Below are positions 44,230-59,144 of a stretch of 64,000 nt of DNA, piece by piece. Source of the DNA: the human T2T-CHM13v2.0 reference genome, Homo sapiens; NCBI RefSeq assembly GCF_009914755.1, contig NC_060928.1, one strand, 5' to 3'. Position 1 is the stretch's first letter. Each line of letters opens with the position of its first letter. Under the pieces are notes generated by a model. It was not told where the DNA came from, did no database searches, and saw only the letters and a list, made by a program, of their open reading frames with translations. The translations under genes were made by a program, and so were the position numbers.

Positions 44230-47039
44230 ACTTTGTAAGAATGCCAGATAACACATATGAATAATTTTAGAGGCTTCAGATGGTGTTGGCTTCACCCAAT
44301 GTTTATTCACTTTATCTTCTGAAGGACAGGAGGCTTGATTAAGTATATTGAGTCACAAAGTTATCAGACAAAAGGCTAGTTTGAAGTTTTCAACAGGGAT
44401 AGCCTTCCTGTGTTTGACCTCACTCCTATGACCCTCCAGGACTTCCAATGTAAATGGTCAGGTACATTCTAAGGTCCCTAATATTTGCAAGATCCTGAAT
44501 CTCAATTTTTGTTTCCTCAATACCAGGAAGTGGTTTTAAGTGCCATTTTTAAAAGATTCTTTCTGTGTGCCTTCTTAATTTCTTACTTTGAGGAGTTTAA
44601 GAATTTGGCACATACTTGGAGAGAAAAATTCTCTGAATCTCTTCCCTAAATTTCTCTTTTCTCAGAGATTGTATCTCTACCAGTTTTGCTACCATTAGGA
44701 ACTCTGATTTTTAATTTGTGTTTTTCAGGCCCATGAATTTGACGAAATCTCTGCTAGGTGTCTTGCCTTTATCAGCTTGCAGCCTTCATCTCTGCCTGAC
44801 TTGGGCAATTTTCTGATTGTTACTTTTATCTTACTAAACATTCTCTATATACTCAAGTTCTGGCTATTTCTGAAGTTCTTGAACTGTTTAAGCCTTTTTT
44901 TAAAAATCTTGCTTTCGAGTTCATGAAGGAGTTTTGGTATGCTACACGCTATTCTGTCAGAACTGCAAATGGAAGTCACCTCAATTTTTTAAAAGGAAAA
45001 TGAGACAGTAGCGATTAACTTTAATTCAATGCATTTTTATGTGCATCATATTTCACAATTGCTTTACATTGCATAATTGGGGGTACTTGGGGGTACGGGT
45101 AGAGATAATTTGAATTAAGTGACAACCAAAAAGACGTTTAGCTATGTCTTCAGTACCTATCCTTTCTGCTGTATAATTAATTGACTTATCTATGTTCTAG
45201 ATCACATTTTTGCTTTAAAATTTTGTTTACTTAAGGAAGATAGAAAGAGTGTAACTGTTGAATAAAATATTGTGACATTTGAACTATTATTGAAGTGCAT
45301 GTTTTTAAAATCTGTCATTCGAGTGACAGATTTGGTCAATATAAAAAATAAAAACACTGTAAGCCAGTCTTTTCTGTAACAACTCCTGGCTATATGCTTT
45401 AATAGTTATAGTTTCCAAAAGTAGTATTTGTGAACATAATTATAATGAAAGGAGGTACATCAGGAAGTTTGGAAAAACTTTTAGGTAATTTACTAATTAC
45501 CTAAATTCCGTGGGAAGTAGAGATGGAAAAAGAGAAATTAAATCATTTTCCCTCTAGATAACAAACAATATCAAATACATATTGGTTATTTAAAATTCAA
45601 TTTTTCAGTTTCCTTTTTTTCTTTTTAAATTTCAGTTCCCTACTTTCAGGTCAATTCATATTTTACTTAAATCTATAATGGAAATTAAGGAAGCAGGAGT
45701 AACTACCTCTACAAAAACCCAAAGGAGCTCTTTTTTTCAGGTGATTTTTAAAAGTTCTTATAAACCTTAGAATAAAAGATTAAGAATAATATAAGTTAGG
45801 ACAATCATTTATGTTTTATTTCAGTTTACTGTTAATCTGTGTGTATCTTTTTAAATTCTCTCTTCTGAAGGTGACAATTATTTTCAACTTGCATTCAATA
45901 TGTGTAAATATAAATAATGTAATAAATGTATCTGCTTCAAGAAGAAAGTATTATACGTGAATGTGTATATTGATTTATCTCTTTATATATAAATATATAG
46001 ACACATACATAGATATAAAGAGAGAGAGACAGAAGACAGAGAGTGAGAGAGCTCTAGAAATATATATTATTCAAAATAATGAACTTTAGTATTTAATATA
46101 GACTTACCAAATTACTAAATTTTGATATATTAAAATATATTTTTTTCCTATATTTGTTAAAACTATGTGTTTTGAGTTCATATGGGGACTTTTATTGAAT
46201 AGACGAATCTTTGGCTCATTACTCAAAAGAGCTCTACAACTTCCCAACTTTGTAATTTTAGGATAGCAAAAGTCACTGTTGCTATCATGGTTGCAGATTA
46301 TCTTAATTTTAATTCAGCAAATGAACTCTTGAGTTTTATTTTACTATGTTTTCATCTACTGACTGAAAAAAAGTGTATTCTGTGTTTTGTTGAAACCCAT
46401 CTGAGAAATAAAATATTCATTACTTCATCAGAGACATTTGATCTGAAAGTATATGTTCTATTATTTGAAGAAAATTAATTTTTGAAAGGTTTTACTAATC
46501 AAAATACAAGTGAATTATCTGTGTCCCCCAGAACAGATGTACTTTTTGGCAACTCTACTTTCAAATATCTGTTCTTGTTTGTTTTATTTTGACCCAGGAG
46601 GCAAATATTAAAAACAGATGTTTGAAATAGCAAAGGTAATCAATTAGAAAAAGGTAGTAAAATTTACCATTGTGATAAGGTAATATTGCATGATATATTT
46701 TTAAAATATTTTAAATTTATAATGGCTACTGCAAATAGTTTCTTAATAGGATATAGCCCTTGAAAATCATATATAAAAATGTAATTAATATACAAATATT
46801 ATCAAAATGATTTCACTTAAATTATGCTAGAAATTTTCTTTTATAAAATCAATTCCTAAAAATGTTAATTTATTGCTTATGAATCATAAATAGAAATTTT
46901 TCATATGATGCAAATAGTAAACAATAAAGGGCCTACATGCAGAGATTTTAAATTCTAGTTGATAAATAATAAATAAATAAATAAACAATATACAGAAAAT
47001 TGTATAAAAAACATTCAGCGAATGATCTACAGTATGAGG

Positions 47040-48010
47040 TGTGTATTACTTTAAATAACTTGCCCCAAGACAGGCTCTCAGAAGAGGAAAGTTAATCACG
47101 ATCTTGAAATAAAGCAAGAAGGAAGCCATGAAGATATCTAGAGAAGAGAGTGTCGGGCAGAGAAAATAACACATGAAATGGTAATGTGACAGAAATGGCT
47201 GATAGAAGATGAAGAAATCCCAGGGTGAAAAGAAATTATGCCAGAGTACGTATTGTCTTTTATTATACTATAAGAAGTTTGGATGCTGTTCTCAGAGAGA
47301 GGAGAATCCATTCGAAGCATGAGCTTCATATAATCCATTTGTACATTAAATATAGCCCCTAGGCTTTTGGATGAAGAAACAGCGTGCATGACAAACATGA
47401 GACAAACAGGTTTGGGGGTAATTAAATTATATTTGTGTCAGTAGCTGTGTTATTCTATTTATTTATAAAATTTCTCAGAGCTTTTTTTTATTATAGATTC
47501 AGGGGTTACATGTGCAGATGTGTGACATGGATATATTTTGTAATGCTGGGGTTTGGGCTTCAAATGTACCCATCACTTAGATAGTGAACATTGTACCCAG
47601 TAGGTAATTTTCAACCCTCACTCTCCTCCCTTCCTTCCTCTCTCCTTCCCTTTCCATTTTTGGAGTCCCCAGTGTCTATTATTTTTATCTTTTTATCCAT
47701 GTGTACCCATTGTTTAGCTCCTGCTTATTTTAAAACTGCTGTTAGATCTCCAGGTGGAGAAGTTGAAAAGCAGCTGGAGAGTTGGAGAGAGAGTCTCTGC
47801 CTCAAAGAAAAAAAAAAGGAAAGAAAGAAGAAAGAAAGAAAAGAAAGAAAGAGAGAAAGAAAGGAAGGAAAGAATGGAACACAAAAGAGGGCTCAGAGTG
47901 AAGATATGGATTGATCAGATGACTGAGACTAGGTAAGATTATTTAAAGAGTGAGCTTAGCATGGAGTCGAAGTCTGATGACTAAGCCATGGGGACACTGC
48001 AACATTTTAA
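47040..48010 (-). mobile_element. L2 remnants flanking an L1 3' fragment and a GA-rich tract (47805-47872)
   Basis: ggaagccatgaagatatctagagaagagagtgtcgggcagag; ccaggtggagaagttgaaaagcagctgga; gactaagccatggggacactgcaacattt. Confidence 0.55.
47482..47728 (-). mobile_element. L1PB4/L1PA17-like 3' end
   Basis: tagattcaggggttacatgtgcag...tttggagtccccagtgtctatt...tgtttagctcc. Confidence 0.8.
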
Positions 48011-49288
48011 AATATTTATGTTAAATTGATGCTAAAATGTAAGTATATATTGGAACATCTAACTGATATTATTAATACATTTGAAAATGAGAAGTGAGAC
48101 TAAAATTTAATAAGGTAGAAAAATAAAGATTATTCAACTTTCAGCCCTTCACCACACAAAGAGTATTAAAAAAGAGCTATTTATGTAATGAGATTTCCAT
48201 CATTCATGAACCTAGGGAAAAGATTTTAAAGAGAACCTTTGGTATACACCACATGCATTTGAGGGACACAATGAACTACCAAAATTAGCTGCTCTTAGAG
48301 CCCAGCAAAGAAAAGGTAAGCTGCAAATAATGTTTTAGCTTTGATTCCAGAGTTGGTTGAACAAGGGATGTGCATGTGTTACATGCATCAGACATGACCT
48401 AAGAGAGTAGTAGTGTTAGTATATGATCTGCAATATCTGTTTAAGAGGACAGCTCTTGGGGTTACTGACCCTCAGCAAAAGGAAGTTGTAGGTACTGTTG
48501 CTGGGTAGCTCGAGAGTGAGGATGAAGTGAATGAAAACCCTGGACAGACTGAGGTTGACTCTTGCAGGTAAGAGATCCTCAATAAAAAAGAACGCATAGG
48601 AGAAAAGTCAACATTATAAATCTTCAAGGCCAGAGAAGGTGTCATTGGACAAGAGATAGCACACATCTGAACTTCTTTCTTTAATTCCCCAATGTTTCAA
48701 CTCTGCAGTCAAAAACAGCAGGCAGCAAGATGAGAGTGGAAGAGTAGCATAGCAAGTTGTAAAGTGCAGAAGTCAACCAGAATTTTCCTCTCTAACTGCA
48801 AGTCTCTAGCTTTTGCCAACCCTACAGGGAGAGAGAAAGAAGCCTTCACTGTTAATCAAGATTAAAGTTTCAATCTTTTAAGGTTTGTCAAATAAAGACA
48901 TATTTCCTAGAACAGTAGGCATTCTGTACATAGTAAAACAACAAGCCAATGACTGATTGCTTCACCAAAATGGATTTCTAGGTTCGGACAAACGTAGTGT
49001 ATTATCTTATAGAATTCCTCTAATTCACTAGTTGTTTCTATTTCCAATTTTGATAAAATTTAGACATGATTTGTAGCTGTGTTTAACTCTTTAAAGTGAT
49101 TGTTATATCTCTGACGTCCATGTCAGTCCAGGTACCAAACACTATTTCAGTATTTGTGTCAGTGTCTGTGATTTTAAGCTTTTTGAAATTCATCCAGATA
49201 TGCTGAAACATCAATATCATCTGATCACAATGGATGTAGTTTAGTAGTGACCCCTGTGTAAGTAAGGACAATAAAACTAAGACAGATT

Positions 49289-49611
<323 letters not shown>

Positions 49612-49824
49612 TCAACTAATTGAAGAACTGATCCCTCATATGACTGAACAACAAATAGGTAAACAAATCCAGGGGATAGTCACATATATCATCAGGCAAC
49701 AGTGACAGAAAAAGGACCTCGGTTCAAAGAGGCCAATAACCATAACAGCTTAAACACCTTCCTACAAGTATAGAGATTTTCTGTTGTAAAATTATATTTT
49801 TTATGCTTATCATATTTTTCCTGC

Positions 49825-49935
49825 TTTTATTTTAGGTTCAGGGGGTACATGTTCAGGTTTGTTACATGGGTGAATCATGTATCACTGAGGCTTGGCATAC
49901 AAATGATCCCATCACCAAGGTGGTGAGCATAGTCT
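49825..49935 (-). mobile_element. Short L1PA16-like 3' end
   Basis: ggttcagggggtacatgttcaggtttgttacatgggt...gatcccatcacc. Confidence 0.75.
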
Positions 49936-50427
49936 AATAAATATAATGCATCTTCTTTTGAGGACAAAGAGTATTTTGTATTCCGAACAGTGAATGGGAC
50001 CTCAAGTCTACTCCAAAAGAGAAAATAAATATGTTGAATAGTAAGCTCTCACATTACTTTTCCATTTATCATTTAATTCACTTTCTTAATATAACTGCAA
50101 ACCTGAAAAATGTATGCCAAACCATGATAGGTACTTGTTGCTTCTTCTTCAAATTTAGAGAAATTCATAAGATTGATTGATGTACAAATAAGGCTTTCAC
50201 TTGAAATGTTGGTCCAAATGTATTGGCTGATACTTTCCGATTGAATAACCGTGTATATTTACCCTGAACTGTCAAATCAGGAGATCAATCACATAAGGAG
50301 TTGAAAGAATAATAATGAAAGTGACTATATTGACATATATAGTTATATTTATAGTAAAGGCAACTCAATATCTGTATATATGGAAGAGCAGATCATATAT
50401 ATATTGGAGTAATAGCATTCACATGAA

Positions 50428-51030
50428 GTGCTCTATGCAGTATGGTAGGCAATAGCCACATGGAACTTTCAAAATTAAATGTACCCGACTGCTTGGGCTG
50501 CCATCACATGATATTATATACTGGATGTCTTAAACAATAGAAATTTATTTTCTTATAGTTCTGGAGACTAAAAGTCCAAGATCAAGGCTTTGGCTGATTT
50601 GGTTCTCGTGAGGCTCCTCTCCTGGCTTGCAGATGGCCACCTTCTTGCTGTGTTCTCCCATGGCCTTTCCTTGATGTGTGCAGGGGAAATCTCTCTCTTC
50701 CTCTTCTTATAAGGCTACTAATTCTATTGGATTAGGGTTACACCTTTATTACTTCATGTAAGCCTAATTATCTCCTAAAGTCCCTATCTCCAAATAAAGT
50801 CACATTGGGGTGTTAGGGCTTCAACATATGAATTTTGGGGTAATGTAATTTGGTCTTGTAGCTTTAAAATATAAAAAATTAACATTGAGCAAAATTTTAA
50901 AAACTTAGTTCCTCCATTACTCTAGTCAGATTTCAAGTGCTCAATAACCAAATATACTTATGTCTTTTATATTGGACATTGAAGATATAAGACATTTCCA
51001 CCACCACAGAAAATTTGATTAGCATTGTGG
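50428..51030. mobile_element. MER3-like hAT-Charlie DNA transposon split by MLT1A0
   Basis: atggtaggcaatagccacatgg on the left; tttcaagtgctcaataacc...tattggaca...acatttccaccaccacagaaa on the right. Confidence 0.65.
50480..50863 (-). mobile_element. MLT1A0-like MaLR solo LTR
   Basis: ttaaacaatagaaatttattttc...aagtccaagatcaagg...ttagggcttcaacatatgaattttgggg; TSD TTAAA at 50475-50479 / 50864-50868. Confidence 0.85.
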
Positions 51031-51049
51031 TAGAACATAGCATCTCATA

Positions 51050-52430
51050 CTTCCAGTTCTTCTAATTCAATTTTAATAAATATAATCTTATAAGCTGAAA
51101 CCTCTAAATTACTAAAACTTGTTTTATCACTCAACATATGGTTTATCTTGGTGATTATATCAAGTATACTTAAAATAATGTGTTATCTGAACTTGTTAGG
51201 TATAATGTTTTATGAAAATAGGTTGAGAGGGTTGACTCTCTTTTGTATATCTTCTGTGTTTCTACTGATGATTTGTTTAATGGTTGTTCTATCAATTGCT
51301 GAGAGAGGGTGATAAAATCTCGTAGTATTAGGAAGAAATTTTCTATTTCAACTTTTAATTCCTGAAATATTGTTATTGCACTTGAAAGCTCTATTAGGTG
51401 CATAAATATTTGTGATTACTCTTTTCCTGATATTTTGACTTGTTTTCATCCTTATGAAACACTTTTTGAATCTACTGTTACCCTTTTTAGTCCACATTAC
51501 ATAATATCATAATGGGCACAACTCTCACATTTTTTTATTTTTTTCAAGTCTCTTTCTTTATTCATACGTAATAGTTGTTTATACTTTGGTGGTATGTGTG
51601 ATATTTTGATACATGCATACAATCTTTAATGATCAAAGGTATTTGGGATATCCATCACCTCAAATATTTATCTTTTCTTTATGTTGGGAACATTCCAATT
51701 CGTATTTTCTAGCTATTTGAAATATACAATACATTATTGTTAACTAAAGTCACCCTACTGTACTACCACAAACTAAATCTTATTCCTTCTGTCTAACTGT
51801 ATTTTTATCCCATTAACCAGCCTCTGGTATATCTTCATTTCTCCATTTCCTTTTTACTGTGTCTTTATATTAAAATGTAATTATTGTAGATAGCTCATAG
51901 ATAGTTATTTTTTAAACCATTCTTGAATCTGTGGATTTTGATTGGAGTGTTTAGTTCATTAATAATTTTAAAAAATTTATTTTTAATTTGTATAAGTAGA
52001 GAGTGGGTATATATATATATATGTATTATATATGGAGTACATAGATATTTTGATAAAGGCATACAATGTGTAATAATAACAGGATAAATGGGGTATTGGT
52101 AAGTTCAAGCATTTATCATTTTTTTGTGTTACAACATTCCAATTATACTCCTTTCGTTATTTTAAATAGTACTGTAAGTTATCGTTGACTTTAATCACCC
52201 TGTTGGGCTATCAAATAGAATACTTTATTCATCTGATCCAACTACATTTTTGTACCCATTAACCACTGCAACTTCCCCCACTCCCCCCACTACCCATCCC
52301 AGCCACTGGCAACCATCATTCTACTCTCTATCTCCATGAGTTCAAATGTTATAATTTTGAGCCCCCACAAATGAATGAGAACATGTGATGTTTGTCTTTC
52401 AGTGCCTGGCTTAAATAATGTCCTCCAGGG
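51050..52430 (-). mobile_element. Old L1M ORF2 remnant with two L1MA 3' ends (~51550-51822 and ~51975-52430)
   Basis: gttctatcaattgctgagagaggg (EN region); two copies of the L1MA 3'UTR motif (catccatcacctcaa / aagcatttatc, tttgtacccattaacc). Confidence 0.7.
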
Positions 52431-52699
52431 AAAGAGTAATGTCTTCTAAGAAAGTAGTTATTATATTGATGACTTAATAATGAGGAGACAATCATGCCTG
52501 CACTGAAAGAGAAAGAATTAAATATAGAGGGATTAAGTGTTTTGGTGAAGCTAAACTCTTTCTGCTACTTTATTACCTGCTAATCATGGAGCTACATTTC
52601 TCTTTTGCCTGTATTGCCAAATTTCTAGGAGGATATTCACTCTCTTATTTGTCTCCTGTTTGTTATACAAACTAATGAAATTTGACTCCTATCATTATC

Positions 52700-53850
52700 A
52701 ATACTTTCATTGACCTTCCTCTTGTCAAATTCATGTCACCATCTGATTTTATCTTTTTGGGGCATTTGACATATCCTCCTACTGTGGTCTCTTCTTGCTC
52801 TTTAGCCACGTTTGGTGTTCTTTGTGGACTTTTCTTCTTTTTTTCCTTTCACAAAATATTGGTGTCCCTTTGTTCTATCTTTGAGCCCCTACATTTTGAC
52901 ATTCCCAATAGCTTCTATTATTTAAGTGTATTTCTTTTCATCCTCTTGCTATTTTATGACTCAGCAACCTATAATCCTAGTCCCAAACTTATTGCTGGCT
53001 CCCAGACAAAATTCTTCAGTTATTTATATATGAGTGTGAAAATGAACCCATATGTTTCTAAAGGAACCTCATCTTGAATTCTCCATCTCCATGAATGGTG
53101 TGCCCACATTTACCTAGTTCACTGGATGTAACTTGGGGTTCCTTGGGCTTCACATTAAATCAATCAAGAATTCCTATGTTTAAACTTCCTAAATATCCTT
53201 CATTGTCACGCCTATCTGAATCGTTCCAGTAGCCTCCATGCCATTCTCTTTGAAATAAACTTACTTTCCACCAAAATATCCATTACCCTGTAGGCAGATG
53301 CTTTTCTATTGTTAAAAATTGTGTTCCTTGTTTGAAATTCTACATACTATTAAGGTGAACTCACTCAAAGTAGGTTTTTTACAACTTTCATACAGATTTT
53401 ATGTTTTGTGATGAACAATATTATTTAGAATGTGTTTCTGGGTGCAAATCTGGGTAATTTCCATGGAGATAAAGAAATATAGTTGATTACTTATCTTGTG
53501 AAAATCCATGCTAAATTCATGCTTCCTATTACAACTCTACACTCCATAGCCAAAGAGATCATAAAAATGCAATAAGATTGCATCAACAACTGCCACAGAT
53601 GTCCAAAGTCTTTCCTTTGCATGTAGACTAAAATAAAAAACTTCTTGCCATGGTGGGGAAGATCCTAGCCTGCCTGTCTCTCTACCTTTCTGACATTTTT
53701 CCAACCCATTTTACCATCAACTTACTACAACTAAACCGGGCTGCTTTTTCTCCTACTCTTGGGGATCAGGCAATATTTCAATAGCACCTTTTATTTATTT
53801 CCATTATGGTGTCTGTAATATTAAGTTGTAATTTGTTTTATTTATGTCTT
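52700..53850 (+). mobile_element. L2 remnants
   Basis: ttctccatctccatgaatgg...cacattaaatcaatcaagaattcctatg...tgtagactaaaataaaaaacttcttgccatgg. Confidence 0.55.
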
Positions 53851-53862
53851 CTAGAAATGTGA

Positions 53863-55211
53863 CCAGTGGAACAAAACAGAGACCTCAGAAATGACACCAC
53901 ACATCTACAACGATCTGATCTTTGACAAACCTGACAAAAAACAAGCAATGGGGAAAGGATTACCTATTTAATAAATGGTGTTGGGAAAACTGAATAGCCA
54001 TATGCAGAAAGCTGAAACTGGATCCCTTCCTTGCACCTTATATAAAAATTAACTCAACATGGATTAAAGACTTAAAAGTAAGACCTAAAACCATAAAAAC
54101 CCTAGAAGAAAACCCGGGAAATACCATTCAGGACATAGGCATGGGCAAAGACTTCATGTCTAAAACACCAAAAGCAATGGCAACGAAAGCCAAAATAGAC
54201 AAATGGGGTCTAATTAAACTACAGAGTTCTGCACAGCAAAAGAAACTACCATCAGAATGAACAGGCAACAGAATGGGAGAAAATCTTTGCAATCTATCCA
54301 TCTGACAAACGGCTAATATCCAGAATCTACAAAGAACTCAAACAAATTTACAATAAAAAAAACAACCCCACCAAAAAGTGGGCAAAGGATATGAACAGAC
54401 ACTTCTCAAAAGAAGACATTTATGCAGCCAACAAACATATGAAACAAGCTCATCATCACTGGTTATTAGAGAAATGCAAATCAAAACCACAATGAGATAC
54501 CATCTCACACCAGTTAGAATGACGATCATTAAAAAGTCAGGAAACAACAGAGCTGGGGAGGATGTGGAAAAATAGGAATGCTTTTACACTGTTGGTGGGA
54601 GCGTAAATTAGTTTAACCATTGTGGAAGATAGTGTGGTGATTTCTCAAGGATCTAGAACTAGAAATACCATTTGACCCAGCAATCCCATTGCTGGGTATA
54701 TACCCAAAGGATTATAAACCATTCTACTATAAAGACACATGTGCATGTATGTTTATTGAGGCACTATTCACAATAGCAAAGACTTGGAACCAACCGAAAT
54801 GTCCATTAATGATACACTGGATATAGAAAATGTGGCACATATACACCATGGAATACTATGCAGCCATAAAAAAGGATGAGCTCATGTCCTTTGCAGGGAC
54901 ATGGATGAAGCTGGAAACCATCATTCTCAGTAAACTAACACAAGAACAGAAAACCAAACACTGTATGTTCTCACTCATAAGTGACAGTTGAACAATGAGA
55001 ACACATGGATACAGGGCGGGAGACATCACACGCTAGGGCCTGTTGGGGGACGTGGGGCTAGGGGAGGAATAGCATTAGAAGAAATACCTAATGTAGATGA
55101 CGGGTTGATGGGTACAGCAATCCACCATGTTATGTGTTTACCTATGTAACAAACCTGCAAGTTCTGCACATGTATCCCAGAACTTAAAGTACAATTAAAA
55201 AAAAAAAAGAA
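53863..55211 (+). mobile_element. 5'-truncated L1PA6/7
   Basis: ORF2 3' part and 3'UTR aatacctaatgtagatgacgggttgatggg; polyA; TSD AGAAATGTGA at 53853-53862 / 55212-55221. Confidence 0.93.
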
Positions 55212-55971
55212 AGAAATGTGAACCTATATAATAGCAGGCCCTCTGTACTAATTAACAAATATGTTGTAAATAGATATAAAGTTGAGCAGGTATAATAGAG
55301 AGAAGAAAGTAAATAGGCTTATCAAACATAAAGGGGAGATGGATGCTTTATGCATTTTCAATGATTTCTGGTAGGATTTTGAGGAGTGTGATACATATAT
55401 TACAGAAGGAATGTTGTAATGAGAACATTGAAGTCATTGATTTTAGTGCCTCCAACTCATATTTGAAAGTACATAAAATTTAGATATTTAAATTTAGTAA
55501 AATTTTTATGAATTGCTTTTTGTTACCTATATTAAGTGACTCTATTTGGAATTAATTAAGGTAGCAAAATACATATTGGTTTACAAATGTCTTTCTTGAG
55601 GGTTAAAATTTTTTACATCCAATGGAAATAAGTGTTTTTAATGTGAATTCTCTTATACATAAACATTTATTTTGTGCTTGTAAAGCTGACTGCTAAGGAT
55701 TCAATCATGAAAGAAACTCAGTTTCTGCTCTGGGAGAAATTATTGTTTCATGGAGAAGATAAAACTTGTAAACAAATCAATTATGATGTATTATACAGAG
55801 TGCTATAGTACAGGCATGTTGAAAGTGCAGCAGAGGACACAAAAACTAACAAGATGAACGAATCATTATGGTATCATCAAGAAAAGAAAATGATGCCTTC
55901 AATTTCCAATCTTATTTGGGCTCATTACCTGAATTTTCCCTACCATACTCTTGTGTATGTTTTAACACTAA

Positions 55972-56325
<354 letters not shown>

Positions 56326-56364
56326 TAAAGTCATGTTATATTTCTATTTTTCCCCTAGTAGGTC

Positions 56365-56580
56365 ACGGAGAGTATCACAGAATAGTTAAGTAATCTTTTC
56401 TAAAATCAGAGTCCTCTGAATCTATATGTGACACTTATTAGCTTAATCTGTTTTTTGCTTCCCCATTCTTAAAATGAGGATGAGAGTAATACTTAGAACA
56501 CACACTTGGTATAAAAAAAATGAATTATTGCAGGGCAAGTTGTCAGGCACTTAGGAACAAGCATTCAGTGACTACCAATA
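56365..56580 (+). mobile_element. MIR remnant
   Basis: cacagaatagttaag...acacttattagc...cttccccattcttaaaatgaggat. Confidence 0.5.
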
Positions 56581-56744
56581 ATCTTGTCTTCATTGTTAGA
56601 ATGAGAGTTCCTTGAGGGAGGAAGCAATGTCATATTTTTGGGTTATCCCTGGTGTACATGTTCATGCCTATTCCTTACTAAAATGAATATCCTGAAATGT
56701 ACCTACTTTAGATGATCTCAGGTTTTAGATAAACTGAAAAAAGG

Positions 56745-56787
56745 TGTTTGTGTGTGTGTGTATATATATGTGTGTGTGTGTGTGTGT
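56745..56787. repeat. (TG)n(TA)n(TG)n microsatellite
   Basis: Direct observation. Confidence 0.93.
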
Positions 56788-57379
56788 AAAACATTTTACC
56801 TTAAAATATTCTGGCATTTCCAATATTCAATAATAAAGTTAAGTACCAATAGCTAGCTGTCTTCCTAAAAACAGTTTGAAAAAAAATTAATAGGGCACAG
56901 GAGACAATGATGGAAGAGATGACGCTAAATGCCCTTTCCACTATGCAGACATCATTGTCCCTCAGGCAGAATACTTTCATTGTGTTGGTGCCCTTACTCC
57001 AGGTGGATGTGACTGAAAACAATTACATTCATTGGTCATGACATGTTTGGCTTGTAGCTTGGCTGCTATTGAGCCCTAGCCTTCACTTCTTTATTCCAGG
57101 GAAGTAGCTAAAGCATCTAATTTGAAAAATAGCATCCCGGTAAGCAGGATATGAATCACAGAAGCCTATATTTAGCTATTTATTACAATGATTGTTCTTA
57201 TTATTCTTTTTAGGTATACTTCCCTGGGTCATGTGGGGGTCAAGAAGCATTTTTCAGGGCTCTCTGTCACTCAAGGTTGTGAAAAGTAGTACACGTTTGT
57301 TGTTTAGAAGGCTAAAATCCACATCTTAATATTTTGGCAGTAATATTTTAATTTTGTTGTGGTGAAAGTATCCTGAGAG

Positions 57380-57480
57380 CTTCCAGTGAAACCTGTTTGA
57401 TCCCTAAATCTACACACACACATGCACACACACGCAAACATCTTGTTGGTTCTATTTCTCTGGAGAATCGTTACTAATAT
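57380..57480 (+). mobile_element. MLT2 LTR 3' remnant
   Basis: (CA)n followed by catcttgttggttctatttctctggagaatcgttactaata. Confidence 0.65.
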
Positions 57481-58234
57481 ATTAGATTTCTTTTGTTTTT
57501 TGAATTCATGGGTTTTCAATGCTAAACTTGGTTGATTCATGAAGTAGAATTAAAGGATGAGATAAGTCTTTTCTTGTTTTTCCAATTTGCTCTGTTAAGT
57601 CATCCAGACTACACTAGTGAGATTTTGCATGCAAATCTCTAAACTTTTAATTCAAAGGTCTAACATCTCCCCTCTATAAATAAATTATTGATTGGCTATT
57701 AGAAATCATCAATCAAAAATATAAGTGTCTTGTATTATGTCTTAATCAAATATATTAAATTTGATACTATAGCTAGAAATTTAAGAAGTTTATTAGAGTT
57801 AACATCATAAACTAGATACAAGAAGTAAAAATAACTATTTTTAGCTTATTTTCTTCTAATTAGACTGTTGTATATTTTATCTTTCTATATAACATTACAA
57901 TTGTTATTCATAAATGGAATTATGGTTATTATCATTATCAAGTTCTACAAAATGTGATTGTCATGTGATCTTATTTATAATCAATATTTTCCAAAAAAAA
58001 TACATTGTTCTGAACCTTTGAACACATTAGAAACACAACATACTTTAAAACTTATTTACCTTAAGAATTCTCTCAAGGCTTACACTTATTACTGTAAATA
58101 TTAACATTCAAAATCTCTGCTTTTGTTCAAACTATGAAAATGAGATTCAGTAATTACTCAGGAATAAAAATTTTTATATTAATTGAGATTATATTTTTTT
58201 CATATAAAATCAGACTAAACTATATTTCTACATT

Positions 58235-59144
58235 TGATTTTTTAAATTTTGTGGGTACATAGCAGGTGTATAATTTATGGGGTACACAAAATGTTTTGAC
58301 AGAGGTGTGCAATGTTTAATATTAATAATTACATCATGGAAAATAGGTTATCCGTTCCCTCAATCATTTATCCTTTGTTTTATAAACAATCCAGTTATAC
58401 TCTTTAAAAAATTATTTTAAATGTACAATTAAATTATTATTGACTGTAGGCACCTTGCTGTGCTATAAAGTACCATGCTGTATTCACTAATTCTAACCAC
58501 TTTTTGTACCATCCCTACCGCCGTCTCCCCCATTACCCTTCCCAGCCTCTGGTAATCATCCTTCTACTCTCTATCTCCATGGGCTCGATTGTTTTGATTT
58601 TTAGATCCCACAAATAAGTATGAAAAGGTGCTCTGATAATCACTGATTATCAGAGAAATGCAAATCAAAGCTACAATGAGATATCATCCTATTCCAGGTA
58701 AAATGGCTTTTATCCAAAAGACAGGCAACAGCAAATGTTGGCAAGGATGTGGAGAAAAGGGAATCCTTGTAAACTGTTGGTGGGAATGTAAATTAGAACA
58801 ACCGCTATGGAGAACAGTTTGGAAGTTTCTCAAAAAACTGAAAATGGAGCTACCATACAATCCAGCAATTCCACTGCTAGGTATGGACCCAAAAGAAAAG
58901 AAATCAGTATATCAAAGTAATATCTGTACTCTCATTATTTGTTACAGCTCTGTTCACAATAGCCAAGATTTGGAAGTAACCTAAGTGTCCATGAACAGAT
59001 GAATGCATAAAGAAAATGTGGTACTTATACACAATTGAGTTCTATTCAGCCATAAAATAGAATGAGATTTGGTCATTTGCAGTAACATATATGGAAGTGG
59101 AGGTCATTATGTTAAGTGAAATAAGAAAGGCACAGAAAGACAAA
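58235..59144 (-). mobile_element. L1MA (L1MA1-3-like) with inverted 5' segment
   Basis: 3'UTR on minus strand at 58235-58619; ORF2 C-terminus on plus strand at 58620-59144 ([10 protein letters not shown]...NCWWECK). Confidence 0.88.

Noticed and set aside
45590-45760. Polypyrimidine-AG motifs suggesting a host exon
   Set aside because: No paired donor or coherent reading frame; cannot be supported without transcript data.
52682-53077. 131-aa hydrophobic ORF
   Set aside because: TTG start, T-rich L2-derived sequence and no recognisable domain.
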